A DNA stretch of 64,000 bases from Verrucomicrobiia bacterium (GTDB lineage: Bacteria; Omnitrophota; Omnitrophia; Omnitrophales; Aquincolibacteriaceae): assembly GCA_035495615.1 (NCBI GenBank), contig DATJFP010000026.1:15635-79634 (forward strand), given 5' to 3'. The first letter of the stretch is position 1, and each line of letters begins with the position of its first letter. Positions 46,046-55,654 of this stretch are shown here, piece by piece. The notes beneath the pieces were generated by a model that ran no database searches, was not told the DNA's origin, and worked only from the letters and a program-made list of their open reading frames with translations. The position numbers and the translations under genes are program-made.

Positions 46046-47068
46046 ATGTCGACAAACGATCAGCCCTCAACTGCGCCCGCGGGCAAAAAACCCAAGATCA
46101 ACGCCCGCTTTCTCAGCCTGGGCAATTTGCTTCTGCCCGTCCTTCTGGTCATCATCGCGCTTCACTGGGGAGACGGCCGGGTTTTTGCCGAGCTGCTGCT
46201 GAAGATCAAGCCCCAATGGCTTGTCCTGGCCGCCCTCTGCCAGATCGGGACTTACCTCTGCGTAACCATGATCTGGCGCACGGTGTTCCGCCGCTGCGGC
46301 ATCCCCATCCGCTCTTATCAATTGTTTGCGCTCAGCATTGCCAAGCTTTTCTTCGACCAGACCCTGCCTTCCTTCGGCGTGAGCGGCAGCGTCATGGCCA
46401 TGCGCGGGTTCATCCGCCGGCAAAGCTCCAAGGGCGCGGCCGCCGCGGCGGTCATCATCAATACCACGAGCCGCTACCTGCCCTACGTGCTGCTGTTCAC
46501 GGCGGCCCTGGCCATCCTCTGGAAACACCACATGCTCAGCAAGCCGCTGGAATACACGGCGGCTCTTTTCATCGCAGTCATCGTCATGCTCATGGCCGCG
46601 ATCCCCGCGCTCGTGCAGCTGGCCATCAATCATAAAACACCGTCCTGGGTGCACCGGTTTGGCTGGCTCGAGAAGGTCCTGAAAACCTTGCGCGAGATCC
46701 CGGTCGAGATCATTGGGGACTGGCGCCTGTGGCTTGTGGCGTGCCTTGCGAACGCCTGCATTTTTCTGCTGGATTCGACGACGCTTTGGAGTCTGTTGTC
46801 GTCCCTCGGCATCGGGACCCATCCCTGGTTCCACGCCTACGTCAGCGACATGGTGTCGTCCGTCGTGACCGACCTGGCCATGGTGCCGGGAAAAATCGGG
46901 GTTTTCGAAGGAAGCTCCGTCACCATGCTGCGGCTCTTCAAATATCCGCTCGAAGAAGCCGTGGCCGCGACGCTCCTTTTCCGCGGCTTCACCTACTGGC
47001 TGCCCATGATCCCGGGATTTATTATCACCCGCCGCGAGCTCGGACAGCACCCTCACGAATCCCGCTGA
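46046..47068 (+). CDS. flippase-like domain membrane protein (LPG_synthase_TM / UPF0104 family), second stand-alone copy
   Basis: 340 aa polytopic. Same family pattern as 9727-10731 and the MprF N-terminal domain. Confidence 0.65.
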   Translation: MSTNDQPSTAPAGKKPKINARFLSLGNLLLPVLLVIIALHWGDGRVFAELLLKIKPQWLVLAALCQIGTYLCVTMIWRTVFRRCGIPIRSYQLFALSIAKLFFDQTLPSFGVSGSVMAMRGFIRRQSSKGAAAAAVIINTTSRYLPYVLLFTAALAILWKHHMLSKPLEYTAALFIAVIVMLMAAIPALVQLAINHKTPSWVHRFGWLEKVLKTLREIPVEIIGDWRLWLVACLANACIFLLDSTTLWSLLSSLGIGTHPWFHAYVSDMVSSVVTDLAMVPGKIGVFEGSSVTMLRLFKYPLEEAVAATLLFRGFTYWLPMIPGFIITRRELGQHPHESR

Positions 47069-47181
47069 TTCCCTTCCGCTTTCCGACGCATAGAACGGAT
47101 TTACAAAAAAGATTTGTCCGGCGGGAAATAGAACGCTGCCCGGCTTTTTCCAGAACTTGACTCGAGTTTTAAGATCGGGAA

Positions 47182-47955
47182 TTACGCCCGGGAAGCTTGC
47201 TTGCGCGGGAAAGGGAAGCGTTCGGAAATCAGATTCAGGCAAAGCCACAGGCCGCAGCCCGTGACGGTCAGGATCAGGTACCATTTGCCGTAGATTCCGT
47301 CACTCGAAAAAGGCTCGGTCGCGGCATGGAGCACTTCGCTGTTGGGAAGAACGCCGCCTTCGGCGAATTCATGGAAGGATTGCACTGCGATCTGGACCGT
47401 GAAAAGCAGCAGGTAAACGGCCGTGACCTGGAAAAAATGCTTGAGGTTGATAAGATAGCCGAACTGCTGCCAGAGATAGGCGACCAGGCCCGCCGCGGCA
47501 ACGCCAAGCAGGACACCGGTCACGATCTGCGCGTCCTGCACCTGGAGCAGGAGAAGGGCGGTTTCCATCCCCTCGCGGCTGATCATGAGAAGCGTAAACA
47601 GGAACACGCCCCAAAGCGAGCCTTTCAGGGTCGGTGCCGCGGAAGCTTTGGAAAGCTGGCTTTCCATTTCCTGCTTCATGGTCGGGCCGACCTTCATCAT
47701 GTGCACGACGAGCGTGGCCACAAGTACGGCGGTGATCAGCCCGAAGGCCCCTTCGATCACAGGCTGATGCTGCCCTTCAGTGATCCACAGAAAATAGCCG
47801 AGCAGGCCGCTCACGACAATGGAGCCGACGATGCCGGCGACAAGCGCGGGAATCAAATGGCCCTGGCAGGTTTTACGCAAATAGGCGGCGGTGATTGCGA
47901 CCATAAGAAAGGCTTCGACGCCTTCCCGTAAAACAATGAAAAATGCCTGGAGCAT
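47182..47955 (-). CDS. FTR1/EfeU-family high-affinity iron permease
   Basis: Two REGxE motifs (REGVEA in TM1, REGMET in TM4) diagnostic of FTR1. Confidence 0.8.
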   Translation of the reverse strand: MLQAFFIVLREGVEAFLMVAITAAYLRKTCQGHLIPALVAGIVGSIVVSGLLGYFLWITEGQHQPVIEGAFGLITAVLVATLVVHMMKVGPTMKQEMESQLSKASAAPTLKGSLWGVFLFTLLMISREGMETALLLLQVQDAQIVTGVLLGVAAAGLVAYLWQQFGYLINLKHFFQVTAVYLLLFTVQIAVQSFHEFAEGGVLPNSEVLHAATEPFSSDGIYGKWYLILTVTGCGLWLCLNLISERFPFPRKQASRA

Positions 47956-48106
47956 GAATTTCCTTCCAATTAGTATGAATTCTGAATCAGACAGAATCTT
48001 AATTGAAAACCTGTGGAAGTCAATGGCTTTCTTTGGGACGAATTTGGGGAAGAAGCGGCGGGAAAGAACCGCCGGGGCTGGGAACAGTCCCAGCCCCGGC
48101 GTAACC

Positions 48107-48853
48107 TTAAATGTATTTGACGCCCGGCTTTTCCCAGACGTATTCGGGATAAACCAGAGGCGCTTTGCCTTTGACGGGAAAATCGAACGGGAACGTCACG
48201 ACATCGAGAAGCCCGACGCCGATGCGGACCACGCCCTGCCCGAAGCCCCGGATGAGACCCACCGTCCAGCCGTACGCAAGGCTGTTCTCCTGTGAATCGA
48301 CCTGGATCGACCGGATGATTTCCACGGGCGAGCTGACGACATTCAGCGCGCCGCGGCCGAGCTTGTCATACCACTTGTAGCCCGTCTTTTCCACCGGCGC
48401 CTTTTCCGCTGCCCGGCTGCCTGCGGTTTCGTCGGCTGCGCTCTTGGTTTCACCAGTCGCATACGTGCCGAAAGCGCGTGACGTGCGCCTTCCCTTGCCG
48501 TCGGTGTAATTTTCCGAAGCGCTTTCATTTTCGCCGATCAGGCTGCGAAGCTGCGTGTCGGTTTCCGTCTCGGGCACGCGCAAGACTACCGGTTCGAAAC
48601 CCGTTTTCGTTTTTTCTCCTTCAAGGACCACGTCCTCGCCGACCTGAAGCTGGTCCAGCGAAGAAATGCCCTGGAAGTCCACCCGGTCGGGCGCCACGCT
48701 CATCTGGTCAGGCAAATCTCCCGCGTCCTTGGGAGCCACCACCAGGGAATTGTCCTGCGAATTCACGTAAGTCACCGTGGCATGCACGGTCTCCGCAAAG
48801 GCGGGAACCGAAAGCGCGAAAAGCATCGCCACTGCCGTCGTTAGAGTTTTCAT
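48107..48853 (-). CDS. secreted acidic protein with conserved C-terminal GWTVGLIRGFGQGVVRIGVGLLDVVTFPF block
   Basis: Signal peptide ending PAFA. Low-complexity acidic middle. Family not firmly recognised. Confidence 0.45.
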   Translation of the reverse strand: MKTLTTAVAMLFALSVPAFAETVHATVTYVNSQDNSLVVAPKDAGDLPDQMSVAPDRVDFQGISSLDQLQVGEDVVLEGEKTKTGFEPVVLRVPETETDTQLRSLIGENESASENYTDGKGRRTSRAFGTYATGETKSAADETAGSRAAEKAPVEKTGYKWYDKLGRGALNVVSSPVEIIRSIQVDSQENSLAYGWTVGLIRGFGQGVVRIGVGLLDVVTFPFDFPVKGKAPLVYPEYVWEKPGVKYI

Positions 48854-48977
48854 GCTCGGCCTCCTTCTATTAAGTCCGTTAACCGGGCTTATTATGGCTG
48901 AGGCCGCGCCCGAGAGCCTATCAGGGCGAGTCTGATTTTCCGATCAGGCTCCTGCTCGACGCCATGGGATTTTCATT

Positions 48978-49721
48978 TTGCCGCGGCGGGTTTTTAGCAT
49001 AAAATCGGCGGCTCAGGAGAGTGCAATGACCGATATGGACGCCTTCATGGCGCAGGTGAAAGCCTTCAAATCCCCAGGTGTTTTCAACCCGTGGCGGGAC
49101 GTGGACCGCGAAAACGATCGGGGTCCCTCGGGCCCGAAGATCCGTGCGGAGCAGCTCGAACATTACCTGGCCGCGCGCCGGGACAAAGCGCGCATCTGCC
49201 TGCTCGGCGAAGCCGTCGGCTATCAAGGCGGCCACTTCTCCGGCATTGCCATGATGTCGGAAAGAATCCTGCTGGGTCATTGCCGGGAAAAAGGACTGCG
49301 GCCCGAAGATGTGCTGCCGGATCTGGAGCCGAGGCGCACGAGCAAGCCTGCCATCATGGAGAAAGGATTCGCCGAGCCCACGGCCACCATGGTCTGGGGC
49401 CTGATGAAGGCCTCGGGGCATCCCCCGCTTGAATTCGTCACGTGGAATTCGTTTGCCTGGCATCCCTATCATCCGGCCAGGGGCCCGCTCACCAACCGCA
49501 GGCCCACACCGAAAGAATCGCAGGCCGGGCTTGGCGTGCTGCGCCTTTTTTTGAAGCTCTTTCCGCGGGCCAGGATCATTGCGCTGGGAAGGGTCGCGGA
49601 GGCATGCCTTGCCGATCTCGGCATCGCCGCGGAAGGCGTAAGGCATCCCGCGCAGGGCGGGTCCGTTAAATTTCGCAGTCAGATGGCGCGTATCCTCGAA
49701 GACGAAAAAGCGCGCGCCTGA
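48978..49721 (+). CDS. uracil-DNA glycosylase superfamily protein
   Basis: GEAVGYQGGHFSGIAM (motif A-like) and HPAQGG (motif B-like). Real start may be the internal Met at 49026. Confidence 0.55.
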   Translation: MPRRVFSIKSAAQESAMTDMDAFMAQVKAFKSPGVFNPWRDVDRENDRGPSGPKIRAEQLEHYLAARRDKARICLLGEAVGYQGGHFSGIAMMSERILLGHCREKGLRPEDVLPDLEPRRTSKPAIMEKGFAEPTATMVWGLMKASGHPPLEFVTWNSFAWHPYHPARGPLTNRRPTPKESQAGLGVLRLFLKLFPRARIIALGRVAEACLADLGIAAEGVRHPAQGGSVKFRSQMARILEDEKARA

Positions 49722-49731
49722 TTCCGGAGAA

Positions 49732-50262
49732 TTATTGGCAGGCGTTCCGTTTGGCCCGGAACCGGTCCTCGGCCTGGCGGATGATCTGGATCGCATCTTC
49801 CCTGTCGTGCCATCCCTCCACGCCCGTCTTCTTCTTTTCCAGCTCTTTGTAGATCTTGAAGAAGTGCTCGATCTCCTTGAGCAGATGCGGCGGAACGTCG
49901 GAAAGCCCGTTGATGTAATTCCAAAACGGCTCATGCACGGGCACACAGAGGATTTTTTCGTCCGGCCCCTTTTCGTCCCACATCTTGAAAAGCCCGACGG
50001 GCTTGGCCTCGATCAGGCATCCGGGGAACGTCGGCTCCCAGACTAAGACCAGCGCGTCGAGCGGGTCCCCGTCCTGGGCCAGCGTATCAAAAATAAAACC
50101 GTAATCGCTCGGGTAATGCACAGCGGAAAAAAGCATACGGTCGAATTTGACCGCTTTCTTTTCCGCGTCGTATTCATACTTATTCCGGCTCCCTTTCGGG
50201 ATTTCGATCATGACCGATAAGGTCACGTTTCCATTGTCTTCGACTTGCATAAGGCTCCTCAA
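49732..50262 (-). CDS. ppa: inorganic pyrophosphatase
   Basis: 176 aa family I PPase. EIPKGSRNKYEYD, DPLDALV motifs. Confidence 0.9.
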   Translation of the reverse strand: MRSLMQVEDNGNVTLSVMIEIPKGSRNKYEYDAEKKAVKFDRMLFSAVHYPSDYGFIFDTLAQDGDPLDALVLVWEPTFPGCLIEAKPVGLFKMWDEKGPDEKILCVPVHEPFWNYINGLSDVPPHLLKEIEHFFKIYKELEKKKTGVEGWHDREDAIQIIRQAEDRFRAKRNACQ

Positions 50263-50526
50263 TTGATTGGATTTTTACCGCTTAGGGCCTGCCCTCAACC
50301 GCTTGTCGGGATTGAGTCGAAATCCGGCCATGCACCTGCTTTACTTGAATCAGAAGGGGGAACGCCATGAGAAACATCCAGACACGCTTCCCAGACGCCC
50401 ATCAAGGGGGGAATTCCGGAACTGAAAAACGGCAGGAATGGTCCAACGAACGCGCCGCCTTCCTGAGAAAGCATTATCCGCTGCGCTACCTGCGCTTCCT
50501 CAATGAAATTCTGGCGATCGCGGAAA

Positions 50527-50760
50527 CTACATGTGCTTGACAGCTTCCTGAATGAATGGAAGCACGGCTTCGAGCTCTTCCTTGCTCATCCGGCCGAGCT
50601 TGGCAAAGCGGTATTCGCCTTCCGCCGTCTTGCCTTCCCTGCTGATCTGCAGTTTCTTGGCGGCTTTATTATAGGAAAAGACGGCCACGACCAACCGGGT
50701 GTTGTCGTTTTCCCAGGTTTTGGAAAAAAGGCATTCATCAAGACTGGCGTTGTACGGCAT
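50527..50760 (-). CDS. small PC4/YdbC-like (DUF2128-type) putative ssDNA-binding protein
   Basis: 77 aa. VVAVFSYNKAAKKLQISREG...FAKLGRMSKEELEAVLPFIQEA resembles bacterial PC4-like proteins. Tentative. Confidence 0.35.
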   Translation of the reverse strand: MPYNASLDECLFSKTWENDNTRLVVAVFSYNKAAKKLQISREGKTAEGEYRFAKLGRMSKEELEAVLPFIQEAVKHM

Positions 50761-50784
50761 GTCTCCTCCTTGTTGGGTCCGGCG

Positions 50785-51180
50785 CTAAAACAAATGAGAA
50801 AAGTGCTTTGCGTATTTGGCGATCCAGGCGCGCGCAGCTTCTTCTTCCGTGATCTCTTCGTTGCGTTCCTGCGACAGTTTTTCCTGGTAAGCCTTGATCA
50901 AATGGATCTGTTCCGCCAGCTTGGCGTTGAAAGCGCTCGTGGGATCGCGGAAGGCCAGGCCCGTACGGTACCGGCCCGATTCGGTGACGCGGTTGCAGTA
51001 AGCCACCTGGCCGTGGATGCGGAACACTTCCTCTTTCACCGGGATCGACACGTCCATCAGCGTTCCCTTCGAGAAAAAGCGCTCGGCCATGAAACTCAGC
51101 CCGCCTTGGGAAAGATCAATGGACGACGAATTGTCGATCGTATGCGAGCGGACTTCGTAATACTGGATCGGGACCTGAAG
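50785..51180 (-). CDS. PilZ-domain protein (stand-alone c-di-GMP receptor)
   Basis: MEKRRFFRHPLQVPIQYY (RxxxR) and DLSQGGLSF (DxSxxG). Upstream part of the ORF-track entry rejected because it reads through gene 51318-51806. Confidence 0.65.
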   Translation of the reverse strand, partial: LQVPIQYYEVRSHTIDNSSSIDLSQGGLSFMAERFFSKGTLMDVSIPVKEEVFRIHGQVAYCNRVTESGRYRTGLAFRDPTSAFNAKLAEQIHLIKAYQEKLSQERNEEITEEEAARAWIAKYAKHFSHLF

Positions 51181-51317
51181 GGGGTGTCTGAAAAAACGCC
51201 TTTTTTCCATACGGTACGAGTTAACCTCCGAGCGGCCCACAGTATACGCCGCCCGCACGCGGAAAGCAATTTCCGGCAAAAAAAATGATCGCGGCCACTT
51301 CAAATCGATCCAAGGCT

Positions 51318-51806
51318 CTACAAGACCTTGCACGAAACCGCGCCCCCGGCCTTCTGCTGGAAAGCCGGGTCTTCCATGCAGGCTTTTTCCAGTTCTTTCA
51401 GCTCGTCCAGAAGGATTTCGCGGGATAAACGGTATTTGTTCTTGCCATCTTTGACCCAGATCAGCACCCCGTTGGGCACGGTGACATTGCACCATTTCAT
51501 GATCCATTCCACCGGGCGTTCTTTGCGGTACTGAACCCCCAAAAACCATTTGGCCAGGCGCGCGGCCATCGGCGCCGGAAAATAGTGGCCGTCATACACA
51601 ATGTCGAGCTCCGCTTCTTTGAAACGGTCGATCAGGTAAATGAGGACTGATAAGTCCGAAAAGGGCCGCTGCTGGAATTGCCCATAAGCCTTCGACTGCT
51701 CGATCGGCGGAAGGCCGGGGTCAAACGCGTGCGCGGCCGGCGCGGCAAAAAAGAGCGCTGCCTGCGCGCAGATCAGGAGTGAAATCGGGAGCACCAAACG
51801 TTTCAT
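51318..51806 (-). CDS. secreted hypothetical protein
   Basis: Signal peptide ending AAHA. No recognisable domain. Confidence 0.45.
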   Translation of the reverse strand: MKRLVLPISLLICAQAALFFAAPAAHAFDPGLPPIEQSKAYGQFQQRPFSDLSVLIYLIDRFKEAELDIVYDGHYFPAPMAARLAKWFLGVQYRKERPVEWIMKWCNVTVPNGVLIWVKDGKNKYRLSREILLDELKELEKACMEDPAFQQKAGGAVSCKVL

Positions 51807-51844
51807 CGGGTGGGGATTCTACTAGAAGACGCGGAAGAAAACAA

Positions 51845-53371
51845 TCAGACAGGTTTAGATAAAGCCGAAGGCTCGGAAGACGGCACGGACTGCGGAACCG
51901 TGACTCCGATCCTGGCGATGCAGGCCGACCAGGCGCCCATATTCACCCCCGCACTGCCCGAAAAATTCCCGCCGTCGGCATGCGCTTCCCCGGCGGAAAA
52001 CTGGAGGCTCATGCCTGAGGCCGTCCGGCCTTCGGCAAGCCTTTGCAGTTCAATCCTGCCTTTCGCCGGGTGTTCGGAATAATTCACGGCGACAAGACGG
52101 CCTTCCTCGCCCAGGATCCATACCCATGCCAGGATACTTTTGGAAATGCCGCCGAAAGCGGGGTCCATCACTTCCAGGCTGGCCCATTGCCCTTGATGGA
52201 AACACGGCGTGTTCACGCAGTCCCAAAGCTCGCGGTAAAAAACCATGGTTTCAACGTCCGGCTTTTCCGCGGGTTCGCGAACCAGCTGCACGGGCAGCCG
52301 CTTTTTTTTGCCCTCGGCCTGGCCGTCGTGAAAAAAACGCAAACCGGGCAGCGTGGCGACCATGACGGCCGCGGCCATGGATTTTTTAGGTCCGAACGCC
52401 TTGACCGCGCGCTGCTCGTCGTGATTTTCGATGAAACGCATGCACTGTTCCTGGAAGGCCGGCGCCGCTTCCAGATGCGTCCGGATCCCGGCGACGTCGC
52501 CGGAAAGGAGGTGGTCGTAAAAGGGTTTGTCGTACGCGTAATCAAAACCCAGCTCGTGCAGCGGCCATTCGAGCCCCCAATACGCTTCCGCGAGAAAAAG
52601 GAAAGAAGCGTTCTCTTCCTTGATGCGCCGGATCGCCTGCGTCCAGAATTCGGATTGGACCGGGGCGGCATTGGCCGCAAAAGGCGACCAAACCCGATCG
52701 AACACGGCGTTCATGGCGAGCATGGCCATGTCGCAGCGCACGCCGTCGGCCAGCTTCGAAATGTGTCCCAGCTCCTGGATCATGACTTGGCGCAGTTCCG
52801 CGGAAAAATAATTCAGCTGCGCGGAATCCGTCCAGGGCGGGAAATAAGGATCCCGGCCATGCGCGAGGTCGATGCCGTGGCGGGTTTTGAAAAACCAGTC
52901 GGGATGCTCCCCCAACGCCTCGCTTTTAGGGCGCACGAACCATTCGGGATGCGAGAGCGTCCAGGGATGATCGAGCGCCACGTGGTTCGGCACGAAATCC
53001 ACGATCAGCTTCATGCCGAGATAGTTGAGCCGTTTTTTCAGCTCGAGCAGCTCTTCATGGCGGCCGAGAGCCGGATCCAGCATGTACGAATAAACCGCAT
53101 ACGGCGAACCTTCGATATCTTTGTCGCTGAGGTCGGGCAGGGCTTCAGGAAAGTGGCGGCGCAGGGCCTCATGTCGGAGCGCGACCTGGGCGGCGCCCGG
53201 ACTTCTCTGCCACGCGCCCATCAGCCAGATGAGGTCAAAGCCTCTCTCACGGATCTTTTCCCATTCTTCTTCGGGAACCGTGGAAAGCGTCAGGCGGCTG
53301 TTGTGCTTCCGCGACAGGCGCTCCAGAAAAATTCTTGCATTAGCCTCGAACAAATGAGGATGACGTCGCAT
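51845..53371 (-). CDS. alpha-amylase-family glycoside hydrolase (GH13-like)
   Basis: GFDLIWLMGAW and LIVDFVPNH conserved regions I/II of the alpha-amylase catalytic domain. Confidence 0.7.
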   Translation of the reverse strand: MRRHPHLFEANARIFLERLSRKHNSRLTLSTVPEEEWEKIRERGFDLIWLMGAWQRSPGAAQVALRHEALRRHFPEALPDLSDKDIEGSPYAVYSYMLDPALGRHEELLELKKRLNYLGMKLIVDFVPNHVALDHPWTLSHPEWFVRPKSEALGEHPDWFFKTRHGIDLAHGRDPYFPPWTDSAQLNYFSAELRQVMIQELGHISKLADGVRCDMAMLAMNAVFDRVWSPFAANAAPVQSEFWTQAIRRIKEENASFLFLAEAYWGLEWPLHELGFDYAYDKPFYDHLLSGDVAGIRTHLEAAPAFQEQCMRFIENHDEQRAVKAFGPKKSMAAAVMVATLPGLRFFHDGQAEGKKKRLPVQLVREPAEKPDVETMVFYRELWDCVNTPCFHQGQWASLEVMDPAFGGISKSILAWVWILGEEGRLVAVNYSEHPAKGRIELQRLAEGRTASGMSLQFSAGEAHADGGNFSGSAGVNMGAWSACIARIGVTVPQSVPSSEPSALSKPV

Positions 53372-53459
53372 GATGTCACTCGAATCGGTCGCGTCTTAAA
53401 TAAAAGTAAGAAATGAATGCACCTATGATACCCCTTAACGCAAGCGGCCCCAAATCTTT

Positions 53460-53825
53460 TCACTTCAGGATCTCTCGCATCGCCGTGAGAAGGATATCGA
53501 CGTCCAGCGGCTTTTCGAAAACCCGCGCCGCGCCGACTTTCATGGCCAGCTCGAGATACCCTCTGGCCTCGATGCGTCCCCCGCCCGACATCGCGAAAAT
53601 TTTGGCGTCGGGGGATTCCTTGCGCATCACGCGGATGGTCTCGATGCCTTCCTGTTCCGGCATGATGATGTCGGTAATGACCAGATCGATTTCATTTTCA
53701 CGGAAACATTTCAGGCCTTCGCGGCCGTTCGCGGCCACGCTCACCTTGTAGCCTTCGGATTCCAAAAGGTCGCCCAGAGCTTCGCGGATGCCGGATTCGT
53801 CGTCGATGATCAGGATATGCGCCAC
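53460..53825 (-). CDS. single-domain response regulator (CheY-like receiver)
   Basis: ILIIDDE...DLVITDIIMP...KPL receiver residues. Confidence 0.8.
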   Translation of the reverse strand: MAHILIIDDESGIREALGDLLESEGYKVSVAANGREGLKCFRENEIDLVITDIIMPEQEGIETIRVMRKESPDAKIFAMSGGGRIEARGYLELAMKVGAARVFEKPLDVDILLTAMREILK

Positions 53826-53834
53826 GGCCTCTCC

Positions 53835-54725
53835 TTATTTGGCGATCTTGCCATACGAATTGCCCTCGGGCTCGGGTTCCCGCGGCGCCCTGGAAATCTT
53901 CATGGTCCGGAAATTGGGATCGCCCGCGCGGAAATAGCTGATGATCAGCCGGACCGGAAACTTCGGAAATTTTCCGGCATCCATGCCGTGAATCAATTTG
54001 TCCAGCGCCCCGCGTACGGTAAATGCGCGCTTGCGGTAAGGACGGTCCGCGACAAGGGCGTCGAAGATGTCGATGATGGCCACGATCTTCGTGTACTTGC
54101 TCAGTTTCTTGATGCCTTTGGGATAGCCGCTGCCGTCGAGCGTTTCATGGTGTTCATAAGCCACGCGGCAGGCCTCGGTGCCGCCGCGCCCCAGGTAATA
54201 GCGCAGCAGTAAGAGGCTGTTCAGCGGATAGCTGTGCAGGATGCGGTACTCGTTCGAGGTCAGCCGCCCCTTTTTGTTCAGAACGCTTTTTGAAAGGCGC
54301 GTTTTTCCGATGTCATGGACCAAGCCGTAAACAAAGGCCAGGCGCGGATCATAGCCGTAGCTGCGCAGGTCGAGGGCCATCTTCGCCGAAAGCGCCGCGA
54401 TCAGCACAAAATGGCGGTAAGTGTAGGGTGATGTTTTTTTCAGCCGCCGGATTTCGCGGTACAATGAAGACTGGAGGCGGCATTTTTTCGAAATTTCCAG
54501 AATCTTCCGGCGAATCGCGGGAGTCTCGAATACTTTGGCGTAAAGCGGCTCCTCGACCGCTTTTTCCACGTCGCGGGAAAATTCTTTGCTGTTGAGCGAC
54601 CGCAGATCCCGGCAATGGCCTTCGCCTTCGCGGGTCACGCGGCGGATCAAAGCACCGTCCATTTCGGAACCCGCTTTGGCAATCATCCGTCCGTCGATGT
54701 CCCGTAAGTCCGCTAAAATCTTCAT
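53835..54725 (-). CDS. HD-GYP domain c-di-GMP phosphodiesterase
   Basis: LVHDIGK and HHETLDGSGYPKG motifs. Confidence 0.85.
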   Translation of the reverse strand: MKILADLRDIDGRMIAKAGSEMDGALIRRVTREGEGHCRDLRSLNSKEFSRDVEKAVEEPLYAKVFETPAIRRKILEISKKCRLQSSLYREIRRLKKTSPYTYRHFVLIAALSAKMALDLRSYGYDPRLAFVYGLVHDIGKTRLSKSVLNKKGRLTSNEYRILHSYPLNSLLLLRYYLGRGGTEACRVAYEHHETLDGSGYPKGIKKLSKYTKIVAIIDIFDALVADRPYRKRAFTVRGALDKLIHGMDAGKFPKFPVRLIISYFRAGDPNFRTMKISRAPREPEPEGNSYGKIAK

Positions 54726-54865
54726 GCTTCCCCCTGGGTCCCCGCCCCTGGGCCGGGACCGCTTCTAATATTGTCGGAATTTCGCTCCAAAACCTGACTC
54801 CGGTGCGGTTTAGGGCTCATGAGATAAAGATACCCCGGGGGGAAAGCAAATACAAAAGCAGGCGG

Positions 54866-55654
54866 TCAGGAAGCTGAGACGGATTCGCCGGAGGCCTCGT
54901 AAACCGGGCTCTGGGGCCCGGCAGGCTTGTCCTTCTCGGCATGGATGGCGGCATTCTTATCGATGAAAAAGTGGCGAAGCCCCAGGGAGGGTTCTACAGG
55001 ATCGGCATTGATGCCCGGCTCCGGTTCCTCGGAAATCAGCGAAAATTTGTATTTCCCATAGACACCTTTCGCATAACGATCGGGAAGACTGCCCGTTTGC
55101 ACGAGCTGCTCGAGACTGGCGGGACGCTGCCCTTTCTGGCTGGCGAAAGTCGAACCTGCCTGGTAAATCTGCATGAGGTCCGTAACCGCGATCCGTTCCC
55201 AAAGGTCGGCTTTAGCCTGGCCGCGGGGTGCGTTCTGCTTTTGGGGAAATGTCCCCTCCCACCACGCCTTCAGCGCTTCCTGCCATGACGGCTTCGGAGC
55301 CTCAGGCAAAGGCGCGGCGGACTGAGCCGCAGCGGCTTCAGTTACGTCGAGCCGGACTTCTGCCCCGCCCGCTTCAGGCGCCGTGAAAACGCAATTTCTT
55401 TCCACGCGCAGGATTTTCTGTCCGTCCACGACTTGCCCCGCGCGGACAGCCTGGCCATTGATGAGAGCGAGAGAAGCTGAGGGATCGGCGTCGTCAAACA
55501 TCACGCCTTCGAGGCGGAGGTCCGAAGCGGCTAGCGAGGCACTGAGAAAAAAAAGAACGGCGGCCAAAACCAGAAGGGCGCACGCCGCGCTGCGGGACAA
55601 GGGCTGCCCCGCCCTTTTAATGCGCATGCCCGCCTTCGCCATGGGCATGGCCAT
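54866..55654 (-). CDS. secreted or membrane-anchored hypothetical protein
   Basis: Signal/anchor MRIKRAGQPLSRSAACALLVLAAVLFFLSASLAA. Ala/Pro/Gln-rich. Start ambiguous (Met at 55654 or 55627). ORF-track extension to 55900 rejected. Confidence 0.4.
   Translation of the reverse strand: MAMPMAKAGMRIKRAGQPLSRSAACALLVLAAVLFFLSASLAASDLRLEGVMFDDADPSASLALINGQAVRAGQVVDGQKILRVERNCVFTAPEAGGAEVRLDVTEAAAAQSAAPLPEAPKPSWQEALKAWWEGTFPQKQNAPRGQAKADLWERIAVTDLMQIYQAGSTFASQKGQRPASLEQLVQTGSLPDRYAKGVYGKYKFSLISEEPEPGINADPVEPSLGLRHFFIDKNAAIHAEKDKPAGPQSPVYEASGESVSAS

Noticed and set aside
47069-47181. Possible bidirectional terminator between convergent flippase-like and FTR1 genes (CCGGCGGG...CCCGGCTTTTT).
   Set aside because: Stem pairing is weak (about 4-5 bp), so it was not reported as a feature.
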